A stretch of DNA of 64,000 nucleotides from Octopus sinensis (Eukaryota), in the NCBI RefSeq assembly GCF_006345805.1, contig NC_042997.1:141546001-141610000 (forward strand), in the 5' to 3' direction. Under the pieces are notes generated by a model. That model made no database searches. It was not told the DNA's origin and was given only the letters and a program-made list of their open reading frames with translations. Positions 1 through 14,139 of this stretch are shown here, one piece after another (the first letter of the stretch is position 1; every line of letters begins with the position of its first letter). Made by a program: the position numbers and the translations under genes.

Positions 1-267
1 ATCTATGATTCTAACGTCTCATGTATCCTTATTTTCAAGACGGTAAAGTGATTCGAGAGAAGTTTTGCGGTTATTTATAGCAAGTCTGAAAACCGTACAA
101 AAGCTCTCTTGAGAACTCTCAGTGTAACAAAGATTTCCATCAGAGCTGCTGAATCTTAATGTCTTAATATTAAACTCAACAAGTAACAATAATGTAAATA
201 CACTTTCTAGTTTTTGTTATGACACTTTTGTCTCCTACAATTATGGTTACCACTGTCTTATCACAGT

Positions 268-569
268 GGAAGCGCGATGGCCTAGTGGTTAGGGCAGTGG
301 ACTCGCTGTTGGTTCGCGGTTTCGATTCCCAGACCGGGCGTTGTTTGTGTTTATTGAGCTAAAACACCTAAAGCTCCACGAAGCTCCGGCAGGGGCTGGT
401 GGCGACCCCTGTTGTACTCTTTCGCCCCAACTTTCTCTCACTCTTTCTTCCTGTTTCTTGAGTAACGCTGCGATGGACTGGCGTTCCGTCCAGCTGGGGG
501 GAGCACATACGCCACAGAAAACGGGAAACCGGGCCCATGAGCCTGGCTAGAAAAGGGCGCATAAAAAAA
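268..569 (+). mobile_element. tRNA-derived SINE, family A, full length with TSD
   Basis: tRNA-like head with A box (TGGCCTAGTGG) and B box (GGTTTCGATTCC), A-rich tail, TSD ATCACAGT at 260-267 and 570-577. Homologous copies near 13.8, 35.6, 36.2 and 51.6 kb. Confidence 0.85.
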
Positions 570-670
570 ATCACAGTTTTCAACGTATTTCTTGTACAAC
601 TATGGAAAGTTGTCTCCTGTTTATTGCTAATGTTATGATTTTGTCACAAAGTTTATATATCAAAGATACT

Positions 671-926
671 GTGGCTGTGTAGTAAGAAGTTTGCTTCCAA
701 ACCACATGGTTCAGGGTTCAGTCCTACTGCGTGGTACCTGGGGCAAGTGTCTTCTACTATAGTTTCAGGCCGACCAAAGCCTTGTGACTAAGTTTGGTAG
801 ACGGAAACTAAAAGAAGCCCTTCATGGGATTCGTGGCAATTTATATGTACGGGGTGCAGGGCTGCATCGATAACCAGCTGGCGAAAGATATGGAACAACT
901 ACTTTGATGTGGCAATTAACTTTACT

Positions 927-972
<46 letters not shown>

Positions 973-1010
973 GTATACATGTATACATATATATATGTAT
1001 ATGTATATAT

Positions 1011-1067
<57 letters not shown>

Positions 1068-1405
1068 TATACACATATATATACACATATATATACACAT
1101 ATTTATACATATACATATATGTGTGGGGGTGTATGTGTGTATATATACATGCACTTGTGCGTATGTGAATGTGTTTATGTGTGTGTCTGTGTCTGTGTTT
1201 ATCCCCACCACCACTTGATAACCAGTGTTGCTGTGTTTCTGTCCCCGTAACTTAGCGGTTCAATAAAATCGATCGATAGAATAAGTACTAGGCTTCAAAA
1301 ATAAAAAGATAAGTCATAGGGTTGATTTGTTTGAATAAAACCCTTCAAGGTGAATGCCCTGCATGGCCGCAGTCAAATGAGTGAAAGAAATATGTAAAAG
1401 TTAAA
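671..1405 (+). mobile_element. SINE family B (tRNA/CORE-like head) split by an internal TA/CA microsatellite
   Basis: Head TGGCTGTGT(G/A)GTAAGAAG...GGTTCAGTCC and tail ...GCATGGCCGCAGTCAAATGA. Homologous to copies at 21.6, 36.6, 53.1 and 58.0 kb. Confidence 0.75.
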
Positions 1406-1536
1406 ATATCTGTTTTAGTTACGGAATTACAGCCACGGTGGAACGATGCATTTTGAGTTTAATTTTTAGTCGATCACATCGACTAAAATACGTTGTCTGT
1501 AAATATTTAATTGACGAAATGGAGAAAGAAGCAGGA

Positions 1537-2196
1537 TGCGATTTTTTTTTTTTTCCAAGAGAGTTCCGAACCCCAGTAATAAACTCATTTGCATACAGCC
1601 AATCAGAGCTCACCATGAAAATCCACATATTGCTTACTATTACAGTACAGCTAGGCAGGTAGAAGAATGGTGTATGCCACTCTGTAAGTACAGCATAGCA
1701 GGTATCACATAAGCACCACATCCCCACCACCATCCTCATAGATCAATTGAGCTCTATATGGAGCTAAGATTAGGTACCTATTCTCAGACTGAAATTAGTG
1801 ATATTGCATGGAGGGTGCAATACGATACAACGCCATATTGATTACGATGCTTCCAGATCAACACCAACATTTTAAATTAGGATTGTGCGAAATCAGTCAA
1901 AAAATTAGGAAACTACACTCATTTACATTTTCCAGTAAATTACGCAAATTGGCAACATTTATAGCATCATCGGTGAACAGCTTCCCATTCAGTTTATACA
2001 CTAAATTTCACATGTGTCACCCCTATTTCCCCGTTTAGAACAGTTAGATTTTGCTATAACGCACATTTTCCACTGAATTCAACCAGAGTATTTTCGTGAC
2101 TACGTAGACACTAGTTTGATAGTTGAACTCTGATTGGCTGTATGCAAATGAGTTCATAACTGATGTCCGAAACTCGTGGGAAAAAAAGATTTCGCA
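1537..2196. mobile_element. MITE-like element with ~75-bp imperfect terminal inverted repeats
   Basis: 1537-1612 is the reverse complement of ~2123-2196, with shared core AACTCATTTGCATACAGCCAATCAGAG. No ORF. Confidence 0.6.
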
Positions 2197-2561
2197 AGCA
2201 GGACGACCATATGTGTGCATGAGAGAGAGAATGTGTAGACATGTATATGTTTGTGTGTGTGCGTGCTCGCGCGTGTGTGTGTTTGTGTATGTGTAAGTAT
2301 GTGTATGTGTGCGTATAAAACAAGCTCTCTCTGCTTTGCGTTTATTAAATTTCACTCTGAAATGTTTTATGCTCTACGTTCAACTGGGTCAAGAATGGGA
2401 GGACCTGGACTTTGCCTATGTCTGTTCGTGGCCTTATAGACTCCGAAAACTGTTGGCGTGGTACAAGGTACCAAGTCACACTCGCTTGTGAGTGTCAGGT
2501 ATTCTAGACGATGTATACCCACATACATACATGTGTGTATGCATGTGTGAGTTTGTACACA

Positions 2562-2778
2562 CACAAGGGGGTGAAAAGTTCTTGGCTTTGGATAAAAGAA
2601 AATACAGGAGGATCAGTTAATTATGATTTTATTCAACATATTCCCCTCGCAGATTCACTCACTTATTGCAACAGTCCTTCAGTTTTTCTAAATCCTCTAA
2701 AAGAACTCGGAAAGTTGCAATACCCTTAAAGCTTTTTGTAATACCCTTAAAGCCATGGACTTTTCAGCACCCCTTCGT
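2562..2778. mobile_element. Mariner-derived MITE
   Basis: Ends resemble mariner TIRs (..GGGGGTGAAAAGTTC / TTTTCAGCACCCTTCGTA). Related copies at 11852-12074 and 52294-52517. Confidence 0.65.
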
Positions 2779-3010
2779 AAGTAACATACAATAATGTGAA
2801 TAATCAACAAAACATCGAATGTATGAATGTATATAAGTATGTATGTATGCATGTATGCAAATTCTTTTGAGGCAAATGTATATACAGTTTAGAGAGTGAA
2901 ATTGGCCTTGTGCAAAGCCTTTCCTAACTTTAAAACGCTTGAGGTGCAAGTATCGATTGATATCTAATATATACCTAATATGTACCAGCGTGGATGGTAC
3001 ATAATATCTG

Positions 3011-3310
3011 CGAGCTGGCAGAAACTTTAGTACGCCGGACGAAATGCTTAGCGGTATTTCGTCTGCCGTTACGTTGTTTGTTCAAATTCCGCTGAGGTCG
3101 ACTTTGCCTTTCATCCTTTCGGGGTCGATAAATTAAGTACCAGTTACGCAGTGGGGTCGATATAATCGACTTAATCCGTTTGTCTGTCCTTGTTTGTCCT
3201 CTCTATGTTTAGCTTCTTGTGAGTAGTAAAGAAATAGGTATTTTGTCTGCCGTTACGTCCTGAGTTCAAATTCCGCCGAGGTCGACTTTGCCTTTCATCC
3301 TTTCGGGGTC
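3011..3310 (+). mobile_element. SINE family C (Nin-like core) with partial tandem duplication
   Basis: GAGCTGGCAGAA head and core GCCTTTCATCCTTTCGGGGTCGATAAATTAAGTACCAG, repeated twice. Confidence 0.75.
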
Positions 3311-5571
3311 GAAAAGAGGCACCTTTTTCGTCTACATCTTTAACTGTGAATAAGAGTGTAGTTCCCGAGCAGGACTGGAAAGCCGCATCCATGCTGTTTT
3401 AAGAGAATAATCAAGCGATGACCTTGCCCTAAGCTGAGTTGCACCCACCATTTATGTATGTATGTGTATGTATGTATGTATGTATGTATGTATGTATGTA
3501 TGTATGTATGTATGTATGTATATATGTATGTATGTATGTGTATATGTATGTATGCATGCCTGTATGTATGTATGTATGTGTGTATGTGTGTATGTATGTA
3601 TGTATATGTATGTATGTGTGTTTGTATGGGGAAGACAGACAAGTATGAGAGTCATAGTGAAAGATGAAGAGAGAGAGAGAGAATATGAAAGTGTCGCTTT
3701 GAGAAGGGAAGAGAGTGAGAGAGCAAGAAAACGAAGATACACAATCTACCGCTCTATAGACTCACATCCTACCATCTCCATGAGTTTTCGAGACCTTGGC
3801 TATGTGCATAGTTTCTCACGTAATTCAACTTGAATTTAATCATTTCCCCGATCAAATCCAATATAATCCTCAACCATTACAAACGTCCGATGCAATAGTC
3901 GTGTGAAGCTTCAGAATCTGACCTTGTGTCTTTCGTTAATAAATAGTCATTAAAAAGCCGGAAATCAAGCAACTGTGGACTTGAAAGTGTTAACTTTAAA
4001 AATAGTTTTCTTTATTATACTAGCCAACTTCAATAACTACTTTCTTGCTTAATATGTTGTTCAATAAAACCAGCACTCCTATAATAGCTTTTGGCTTACG
4101 GCGACTCTTTCAGTGAATCCCCATTAATTAGATATTTGCCTTCCAGTTAATAAGAAAGAAATCCATTCAAAAAATTACAAGATATAAAATGACAACATGA
4201 TATGATTATTATTTGATTTTTTAAAGCTTTTTTTAACCATCAGAGAAACAAAACTCGGAATTCCAACAACTAAACATCGCATCAAGCAATTGCTAATATT
4301 CAATTTTATTATAGAGCTAATATTTGACTAAGGAGGTTATTGATCACATTTTAATTGTCGATGTCAATCTCTCATTTAATGGCTCGAATCAAAGACGGAG
4401 AAGAAGGAAAGAGAAAAAGACAGATAAGATGAGAAGAGGAAAAGAGGAGGATATTTAATGAAATTAAAATGGTGACTTCAAAACGAAAATTAGAAAGACG
4501 AATATTTAGTTTTCTTTCTCGGCGTTTTGAGTTCAAATCTCATCCAATCGATTGCATAGTTCAATCGTTTCCGATCAATAGTGAAAATAAAAATTAATAT
4601 TTGAATAAAAGTGTTGATTTTAATTTTAGAAATAACAAAAAACGAATGTGAGAACAGTAAAACTTGAGGCAAATATGTAAGACATTTATATCGCCACCAA
4701 TATGGCATATAATTGAAATTAGGCTATGTTATTATTTTTCTTCTTTCTTGTTCTTCCTTCATCACATCTTCTTGTCGCTCCTCCTTCTTCCCCTCCTTTA
4801 CCTTCTTATATTCCTCCTCCTGTTCCTCCACCTTCTTTTTCTCATTCTTTTTCCTCTTCTTCGGAAATCGGGAAAATGGAAAGGATGACAGGAAGAAAAT
4901 TGGTTGTGGGATAAGTACCTGAAGGCAAAAATAAAATTAAGAGAAAATAAATGACCAGAAAATCCTAATTATATCTTTGAAATATTTGGTTGTTAGACAA
5001 CAATAGATTTTTTTATCTCCATTTGAGGATTATCATTGCCATGCTTTTTGTTTTTTGATATTTTTCACTTTTCTTGTTAAATTCTGTTGCTAGCCAAGTT
5101 TCTATTAAAACACATAAACCGATCCTCAACGGATCGGTTTATGGCTTCCGGTTATGGCTTTCGGTCACATTGCCTGTTTAAATATTTCTGATCCATTAGG
5201 ACATTTTCAGCATCACCATTCGCAGTAGTACCAACTATGTCATCATCATCGTCATCGTCTTTGTCTCCATCGCTGGCATTATCCTCATCTTCATCATTAC
5301 ATTCCTCTTTTTCGTCTCCTCCTCCTCATCAATCTTCTTTGTAACAATATACTGCTGTGCGTATGTAACGATGTGCTGGAGTGTATAAAAAGCATAGATA
5401 TATTAATATGTGTGATAATTTTAGGTGTGTAAACTTAAATACATGACTGTGCAAATATAACAATATATGCGCATATATATATGGTTGTGTATATCTTACA
5501 GAAAGAGTATCTAAACTTACATTCTTGAAAGAATACACACACACACGCACACATACACACACACACGCGCG

Positions 5572-5656
<85 letters not shown>

Positions 5657-6616
5657 ACATGTCAATCTTGCGAAGTCTTCCCGTGTTTAAAGCTTGATAC
5701 TTTTCTATCGGTACCGAACTGGTAAGTTATGCGATGTAAACAAACCGGCACCGGTCGTCAAGCGATGGAGAGGACAAACATGTGTGTGTGTGTGTGTGTG
5801 TGTGTATGTAATTTAAAAGTTAGCACAAAGCCTGAAGATGCGGAAACAGCATCGACCTGTTTAGAATGGAAGGCACCAAGTAACAGAAAGGCACCAAGTA
5901 ACAGAAAGGCACCAAGCACCAAGTAACAGAAAACAACAGTAGACGAGGAAACGGATAAAGAATTAAGACATTTAAAAAAGCTCACCTTTAAAGAATATGT
6001 CATTTAGATACACATATACCATGGTTTGGGGTTGTGGCCCGAAGGCCTCAACCTTCTTCAAGATGAGTCACTAGTAAAATTCTAAATCCGTCACGTTATA
6101 AATCTCCCTGTGTTATGGCTTGTTTTGCGCCAAACCGTTCTACATGGTGCAAATATATATATAAGCAAAAACATTCGAATATTCACACTCGAAGTAAGAT
6201 GTTAATATCATCTGCGCTGAATATTTTTAAATGATAATATTTTTAAATGATAATAATGGCATATTCTTTAAAGGTATGCTTTTTTAATGTCTTAATTCTT
6301 TATCCGTTACCTCACCTCCTCTTGTTTTTTCTGTTATTTGGTGCCTTTCGGCGATTGAATTAGGTGTTTAGCTCCTATTTCTAAATAGGGCGATGCTTTT
6401 TACGTATCCCCATGCCTTGTGCTAACTTTAAATTTTATAGGTATATAATGCTATTTAGACCTGTTGAACCACCTATGTTACTGCTGTTAATATTATCATT
6501 TAAAAATATTCACTGCAGATGATATTAACAATAATAGCACTTTACTTCGGGTGTAAACACTCGAATGTTTTTGCTTATATATATATATAGGTGAGAAAGT
6601 TGGTGTGTGAAACTTA

Positions 6617-6816
<200 letters not shown>

Positions 6817-6969
6817 TTGTAATTAAAAAAACACACATATTTCCACACGAAAGCACGTGATCTCTGCCCTTGGCATGTAGCTTCAACCGTGTTTTTCTGA
6901 CGTGAATTTGCTACCCAGGTATCGGTTAACCGAATTATCCATAATAAGATAATTCATTCAACTATTCAA

Positions 6970-7013
<44 letters not shown>

Positions 7014-7555
7014 AAACGAGCTTACAGTTTGTACCAAATCTACTCACAACGCTTTGGTTAAACCGGGGCTATAGTAGAAAAGATTTGCCAAAGTGCCACG
7101 CAATTAGATTGAGCCCAAGATCTCAGTCGGGAAGCCAGCTTCTCAAACGAACAGCCATTCCTACGCCTATAATTGTTGGCGAAAACAAAACAGCACATTC
7201 AATTGACTGGTCTGAAAGGCAGACCAGTCAACAGAATATGAAAATACTGTTTGTAAAACAGGGTAGCAAACTAGAACGGAAGATAGTAAATAGCAAATCG
7301 TTAAAAGTTTCTGGGAAAATAAGAACAGCAGGGAAAAAAGACAAACATCAAAACTAAGATGTATTTAGGTGTAATAATTGAAGATAATCATTGAGATATT
7401 GTTGAAATGTAAAATCCATTTGAACGTAATATTAAACGAATGTCAGTGAGATATTGTTGAAATTCAATTAAAATAAATCGAGATAAAAACTTCAAATATA
7501 AATACGTCAAATGAAGTTCTTCCGTTGATAGGAAAACACGGCATGTCTAAAACCA

Positions 7556-7859
7556 ATATGAAAACACGGGAAGACTTAGGCGATTAAAATACAAGATTGA
7601 TTCAAAGTGTTTATGTATATATGTATGTACGCTTTATTTATAAGATACACACGCACACACGCACACATGCACACACACGCACACACATGCGCACACACAC
7701 AAACACACACACACATATACATACATATATGTGTGTGCGTGTGTGTGTGCATGTGTGCGTGTGTGCGTGTGTATCTTATAAATAAAGCGTACATACATAT
7801 ATACATAAATACTTTGAATCAATCTTGTATTTTAATCGCTTAAGTCTTCCCGTATTTTC

Positions 7860-7863
<4 letters not shown>
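7556..7863. repeat. Fold-back inverted repeat, ~130-bp arms around a CA/GT spacer
   Basis: 7556-~7689 is the reverse complement of ~7729-7863 with few mismatches. Confidence 0.9.
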
Positions 7864-7906
<43 letters not shown>

Positions 7907-7918
7907 TATTATATATAT

Positions 7919-8012
<94 letters not shown>

Positions 8013-8015
<3 letters not shown>

Positions 8016-9304
8016 TTGCAGTGAATAAATTGTCGTCTAGATTACGCAAAAATGAAAATAAAATTGGAATCTCATTTTTACAGATATATTTACAAAAATT
8101 ACATAAAAATATCTTGAAATACTAAAGGTTAAATTCATTCAATAAAATCGGCATTGGCTTCAACCATAGCCTCCAGACGACTTCGGAATCTCCTGCAACT
8201 TTTCTCGGCGGTCTCTTTGTTTAAGTTAGTCAATGCTGCCATAATCCTTACCTTCAGTTCATCTTTGGTGTTACAAGGAGTTTTGCTGGCCTCTCGCTCA
8301 GCTACGCCCCACACATAATAATCAAGGGGGTTGCAGTTTGGGGAATTAGGTGGCGAGATGTTAGGGGTGATGTAGTCGCAGAAATTGTCTGACGGCCATG
8401 ACTGGGTTCTCCTGCTGGTGTGGCATGGTTCAGAATCCTGTTACTAGACATGGGGTCTTCCAGCAGCCACTCTCTTGACCCAGGGCAGCACTATCTCCTC
8501 CAGGCATTTGATGTAACCCTCTGTGTTGAGTGTGAGGCCGTGTAGGAAGATGAAGGGAGGCATAACGTCGTCATCACTAGTAATCATTCCAAACAGAAGG
8601 CTGTTGACTGGATGTTTGCTTTTTATCACTCTCGGTACATGTTTTAGACACACGGCAAGCCAACGGTTGTTTTGTGTGTTCACCATCTGATCCTAGCAGA
8701 ATATGTTTTTCGTTTGAGAGAAACCAAAGCATGTTCGGTTGGAGGGAATGCTTGAGTTTTTTTCCAAAGCTTCGCATCGCAGTCTTTCCTCTTGTCCTTG
8801 ATGGGATAAAAATTGGCCCTGTCACATCTTGTATGAGAAATACCGAATGTCTTCATGCACTACCTACCTGATAAGAAACTCAGACACTACCATGACCCTG
8901 GCGATGGACCTGTTTGGCTTGGTGGGAACGTTGTCAATTATGGCCAGGATCTCACCAACAAATTTAGGAGTTCTTTCCTTAGAACAATCAGAGTGAGTTT
9001 TCCGAGCTGCTGTACCTTCATAATCACCATTAGACTCATCCAAACCTTTCCGAATCCTCTGCATTGTCCTCATATTCACACCCAAACGCTGAAACGTTCG
9101 CATTGGAGCTTCCGGTGCGAATGCCAGGCAGTACAGTATGTCGTTTCCAAATTTCTGGCAGAGTGAATTGCGTCATGGTGCTGTTTTTCATTCAGACGGT
9201 GCCCAACTGACTCTATCATACTGTGTAGTCGACAAAATCAAAAAACAATGCGCGTGCGAGAAATTTCAGATATAAAATGGCGATAATTTACCCATCGCAC
9301 CCTG
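8013..9304 (-). mobile_element. maT-type (DD37D) Tc1/mariner transposon, full length, inactivated
   Basis: TA at both flanks, degenerate TIRs (CAGTTGCAGTGAATAAATTGTCG vs CAGGGTGCGATGGGTAAATTATCG). Transposase 9176->8135 has frameshifts and stops. 37 residues lie between QD and the D of NPLDYYVWG. Confidence 0.85.
8135..9176 (-). pseudogene. DD37D transposase pseudogene
   Basis: ORF pieces 8864-9103, 8577-8825 and 8444-8686, then manual translation RPHV**QDSEPCHTS...SPNCNPLDYYVWG. Confidence 0.85.
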
Positions 9305-9475
9305 TATATATACATATGTATATATACAAGATTTACTGGGTGGAGTATGGGAAATCCGGGCTACATATGTTTCATAGCGAGTGGAATCTCAGAAGTGGTA
9401 AAATCCAAGAGAGGTGTATTCTGCCGGCTACTCTTCAGGCGAAAGATATCTTGATGAGGCGAGCTGGCAGATATC

Positions 9476-9896
9476 TGAAGGCGGCGAGCTGGCAGAAACG
9501 TTAGCACGCCGGACGAAATGCTTAGCGGTATTTTGTCTGCTGCTACGTTCTGAGTTCAAATTCCGCCGAGATCGACTTTGCCTTTCATCCTTTCGGGGTT
9601 GACAAATTAAGTACCAGTTACGCACTGGGGTCGACATAATCGATTTAATCCGTCTGTCTGTCCTTGTTTGTCCGCTCTGTGTTTAGCCCCTTGTGGGTAG
9701 TAAAGAAATAGGTATTTCGTCTGCCGTTAAGTTCTGAGTTCAAATTCCGCGGAGGTCGACTTTGCCTTTCATCCCTTCGGGGTCGATAAATTAAGTACCA
9801 GCTACGCACTGGGGTTGATGTAATCGACTTAATCCCTTTGTCTGTCCTTGTTTGTCCCCTCTATGTTTAGCCCCTTGTGGGCAATAAAGAAATAAG
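9476..9896 (+). mobile_element. SINE family C with tandemly duplicated 3' half
   Basis: Head AAGGCGGCGAGCTGGCAGAAACGTTAGC, Nin-like core twice, tail ...GCCCCTTGTGGGCAATAAAGAAATA. Confidence 0.8.
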
Positions 9897-10725
9897 ACAT
9901 CTTGATGAGATTAAAGGCTACATTGTCGCAAGGAGGTACATGATGGCGCAAAGAAATTTCAATCAGAATGTGTGAAGGGCACATTATGTGAGGGGTATAC
10001 AAATGAGGCGGCAAGTAGGTAATAGAATGGAAGAAAGAAGAAAAGAAAAATAAATAAATAACATTAAATAAAATATAGGGGAGTGGGAGAAAGGAGGAAT
10101 TGGACGGCTCGGTATTAGGTAATATAGTAATTTTAGTTTAATCACAAAATTCAAAAGTGGGATTTGAAGAAATGAGATATTAGAGGGGAGAGTGTGGGGA
10201 AATATTTTTGGTCGTGGGGGAAAAAGAAAGTATGTATAAATAAAGCATGGTATGTTGGAGAGTTTAAACACAGTTAGTAGTTTTATGGTCAAAAGGTGTA
10301 AATTGGTGCAAGAAGAAAAGAACCAACGAAGTGGTGATGGCGTAGGTAGCCGTATACATTTGTACGTTTACGGGTGGAGGAGGTAGGAAGGGGAGTGAAA
10401 TATAAAGAGAGAAGAATATTTTAGGTAGTAAGTAAAAATACGGATAGAAAATTGTAATTGGCAATTGAGGAATAAAAGGGGAAGAAAAAATACTGTTGGT
10501 TTAATATGCAGTGGTAGTGAAGGTGGATGAGTAGGAAAAAGAATATATGAGAGTCATGGGGAGACAAGAGTGGGGTGGAGTTGTAATTATTTATATTTCG
10601 AGAATAGGTTTAGTATCCGATGTTTTCAGATGGATATTATACTGCTGCGTTCATTGAGACATTCCGTGGATTGCAAAATAGCCATGACTTCGGCTATGCA
10701 GAGCTCACACTTATTATCATATCCG

Positions 10726-10811
<86 letters not shown>

Positions 10812-11204
10812 TGCGGCGGAGTTACACACAGTTTCCGTCGTCCACATCCACGCACAAAGTATAAGTCAACTCTTGACCAGAGTAAAAAACGCCCAAATTA
10901 CCGTGAAACCTCTAAACCACACAACCTGCGACAACATATAAGTTACATGAAAAAAAAAACGAACGTACACTGCAATAACTATTCGCTCAAGAAGTGCTTA
11001 GTTAGCCAAAACTTACGCTTAACTTAAGAAATTTATTCAGGGGTCTAGATAAAGTAGTAGAACGCATCTCCCGTATTTCTAAAGCAAAGGGATCTGCAAA
11101 TGTTAAGGGCACAACGGATTCCAACAGACCAAATTAAGATAAATGATTTTCAGAACAACAACATCACAAAGCTAAGAGCTGGGAAAAGTATCAAATTTAA
11201 ACCT

Positions 11205-11375
11205 ATCATCGCATATTAGTTCTTTAAAATTGGGGCTGCTGTACAGCGTGGATTGCGAAAGTTATAGTGATGTCAGTTGAAGGCGATGTCTGAAAGAGTG
11301 GAATATAGTATTAGTATTTAGTCCTACTCTCTTCTCTTCCGATTTCAAAATTCCGGTATATCAGGTTTTGTTGTT
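11205..11375 (-). pseudogene. Highly decayed Penelope-like RT fragment (tentative)
   Basis: Manual minus-strand translation KPDIP...IAFN*HHYNFRNPRCTAAPILKN*YA resembles PLE RT FNG..Y.Q..G.AMGSP.AP.LANLYM. Confidence 0.35.
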
Positions 11376-12461
11376 CATGCCATTGTGGTCGAGATTTAAC
11401 TGAAATTCTCATGAATTTCAGTTGAAAGTTTCGATCGTAATAAGAGATTCTGTAGATTGTCAGAACTTCTTAACAATTTCTACCACTACTTCTTCATTTC
11501 ATTTTCTTTAAAAGAAAAATCACAAGGCTTATCTATGGTGCTGTAACTTCCAGCATTTGACAAGCCACTCAAGCAAATGAATGATTGTTTATTCGTACAT
11601 TCTACATTATATTATCCGTAGTCAGCTGAATAGCGATCAACCAGTTAGCTGAATAGCGATGAACCAGTTACCTGCTTCACAGCGCTTTAGCTATGCATGT
11701 TTGTTATGCTGCAGGAGCTCATTCATCATTTTTCACGGTGATTTATTTGTCAATGCATTGGCAGGAAAAAAAACGCCTCACGATTTTTAGTCATGACCAT
11801 TTACATTCAGAGTTCAAACTTTACCGTGGCCTTCCAACATTTCTAACGAATAAACTCCAATAGAGGGCTGTAAATTCCTGACTTATAGGGTACCACGAAA
11901 GACCTGTTTGGAGGACCAACCTTCCGAGTTCTTTCACAGGGCCTAGAAAAACTGAAGAACCGCTGCAATAAGTGTGTGAATCTGAGAGGGGAGTATGTTA
12001 AACAAAATCATAATTAACTGATTCTCCTGTATATTTTTTTATCCAAAGCCAGGAAATTTTCAGCGCTCACTCTAAAAGTACTGATCAAGTAGAAGAGTCA
12101 ATGTAATTGAATGCCCGCCTTGTGTCTATAGTAGAAATATTTCATACCAATATATTAAATTATAGTATGATTTTTAGATCTATATAAAACTTTGTGTTGA
12201 AAACAGTGCTGTCGGCTATAGGTTTCACGGGCAAAATATACCGAAAAGTATTTGTGTTCGAACGCATCGGTTTACCAGTTTCCTTGTTGATACATTTCAC
12301 AAGATATAGGCATACATACATAGTTATATACATACATTCATACACATATATGTGAGCATGTGTGGGAAGAGAAAGAAAGAGACAGCTATATAAGTGTGTG
12401 TACGCGCGTGCATGTATACACTCCTTGTATCACTTGCGCAACTATTGGGTTGGTGACTATA

Positions 12462-12526
<65 letters not shown>

Positions 12527-12952
12527 CATATATACATATATGTATATAGATATATATAGATATAGATATATATATATATACATACATAAACACATATATA
12601 TATTATATATACATACATACATAAATACATAAATACATACATGCATACATACATACATACATACATACATACATACATACATACATACATACATACATAC
12701 ATACATACATACATACATACATACATACTTATGTGTGTGTATGTATGTAAGTATGATTGGCCTTCCACACAGTTTAACTCGAAACTTTGTAGATTACACA
12801 TTTTCAAGGTGTCATAGGATTGCACACGGAACCGGGAAGTATGGAAGAAAATATCTTAACCTGTATCAAAAAAGCACAGATTTTAGAATTGAACACCTGA
12901 TAATACTTTCTCAATTACGAAAATCAAAATCAATATTTCTATTCGATAAAGG

Positions 12953-13145
12953 CGACAAGCTGGCTGAAACGATAGCAAGGCCAGGCGAAATGCTTAGCAG
13001 TATTTCGTCTGTATTTAAGTTCTGAGTTCAAATCCGCCGATGTCAACTTTGCCTTTCATCTTTTCGGTGTCGATAAATTAAGTACCATTTGCGTACTGGG
13101 ATCGATCTAATCGACTGGCCTCCTCCCCAAAATTTCGAGCCTCGT
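12953..13145 (+). mobile_element. SINE family C
   Basis: AAGGCGACAAGCTGGCTGAAACG head and Nin-like core. Confidence 0.7.
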
Positions 13146-13762
13146 ACATAGAGTAGAAAAGAAAAATTTTTAAAGGCGGCGAGCTGGCAGAAACGTTAGT
13201 TATAGTGGCAAAAAATATTACACTTTTAAAGAATTGCTTTCGGTTTTCTATTTTATTCTTAAAATCAGATATAATAATCGTGAAGTCTCCTAAGAAAAAT
13301 AGATATATTAAGTTACGACGATTCAAAGCATCAAACTGAAAGTTTTTAGGTGCTTTTTCTTTTTAATGATAAGAAGCTATTAGAATAAAAGACTTACTAG
13401 AAGATCAACAGAGAAACTATGCGGGTAACACGTCGAAAGATCCTGAAAGGTTTTTTAAGTGCTGCATAAACCACCTAAATATAATAGACATAGATGTAAA
13501 TAAACAAAATGCGTGACTGAAAACGTAAATAATCTCAGTAAGAGTAGCTCCACTGGAACGAATAAAATATTTAATAGACAGCTAGATGTAATGTTAGTCT
13601 TTCACAGACTTTACCGGATACAAATAATTGCATTGTTATGCACAGCACATATTAATAAGGCATTAATTTTATAGTAAAATCATATTTACCTATAGAAACG
13701 TACATAAAAACGACATTAAAGGTAATACGAGTATAAGCAACCTTATATGTTGCATTTGAGGT

Positions 13763-14139
13763 TGCTGTTGCTGTTGAGCGAACGGTTTTCGTCCCAGAGC
13801 AAGATGGGAGAAGTCCGAAACGTAGTCCTTTGCTATTCGTAAGACCCGCAGAAGAGAAAGCAGGTCAACCTCCGACACCGAGAGCATCGACGGCTGGATG
13901 AATGCGCATCCAGGCTCAGCGGTTGCGTAGGAAGTCGGGGGCAAGAAACAGGAAGAAAGAGTGAGAGAAAGTTGGAGCGAAAGAGTACAACAGGGGTCGC
14001 CACCACCCCCTGCCGGAGCCTCGTGGAGCTTTAGGTGTTTTCGCTCAATAAACACACACAACGCCCGGTCTGAGAATCGAAACCGCGATCCTCCGACCGC
14101 GAGTCCGCTGCCCTAACCATTGGGCCATTGCGCCTCCAC
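13763..14139 (-). mobile_element. SINE family A with 13-bp TSD
   Basis: Reverse complement of the family A head at 14139. TSD TTGCATTTGAGGT at 13750-13762 and 14140-14152. Confidence 0.9.

Noticed and set aside
268-340. tRNA-like sequences at SINE heads (also 14060-14139, 35635-35710, 51637-51710)
   Set aside because: A and B boxes are present, but there is no complete cloverleaf and the heads run into SINE bodies with TSDs. They are SINEs, not tRNA genes.
5113-5143. 13-bp perfect hairpin CATAAACCGATCC-tcaac-GGATCGGTTTATG
   Set aside because: Real but isolated. No Helitron CTRR end or other element boundary could be assigned.
5868-5933. 19-bp tandem repeat AAGGCACCAAGTAACAGAA
   Set aside because: A short slippage-type minisatellite of about three copies with no further structure.
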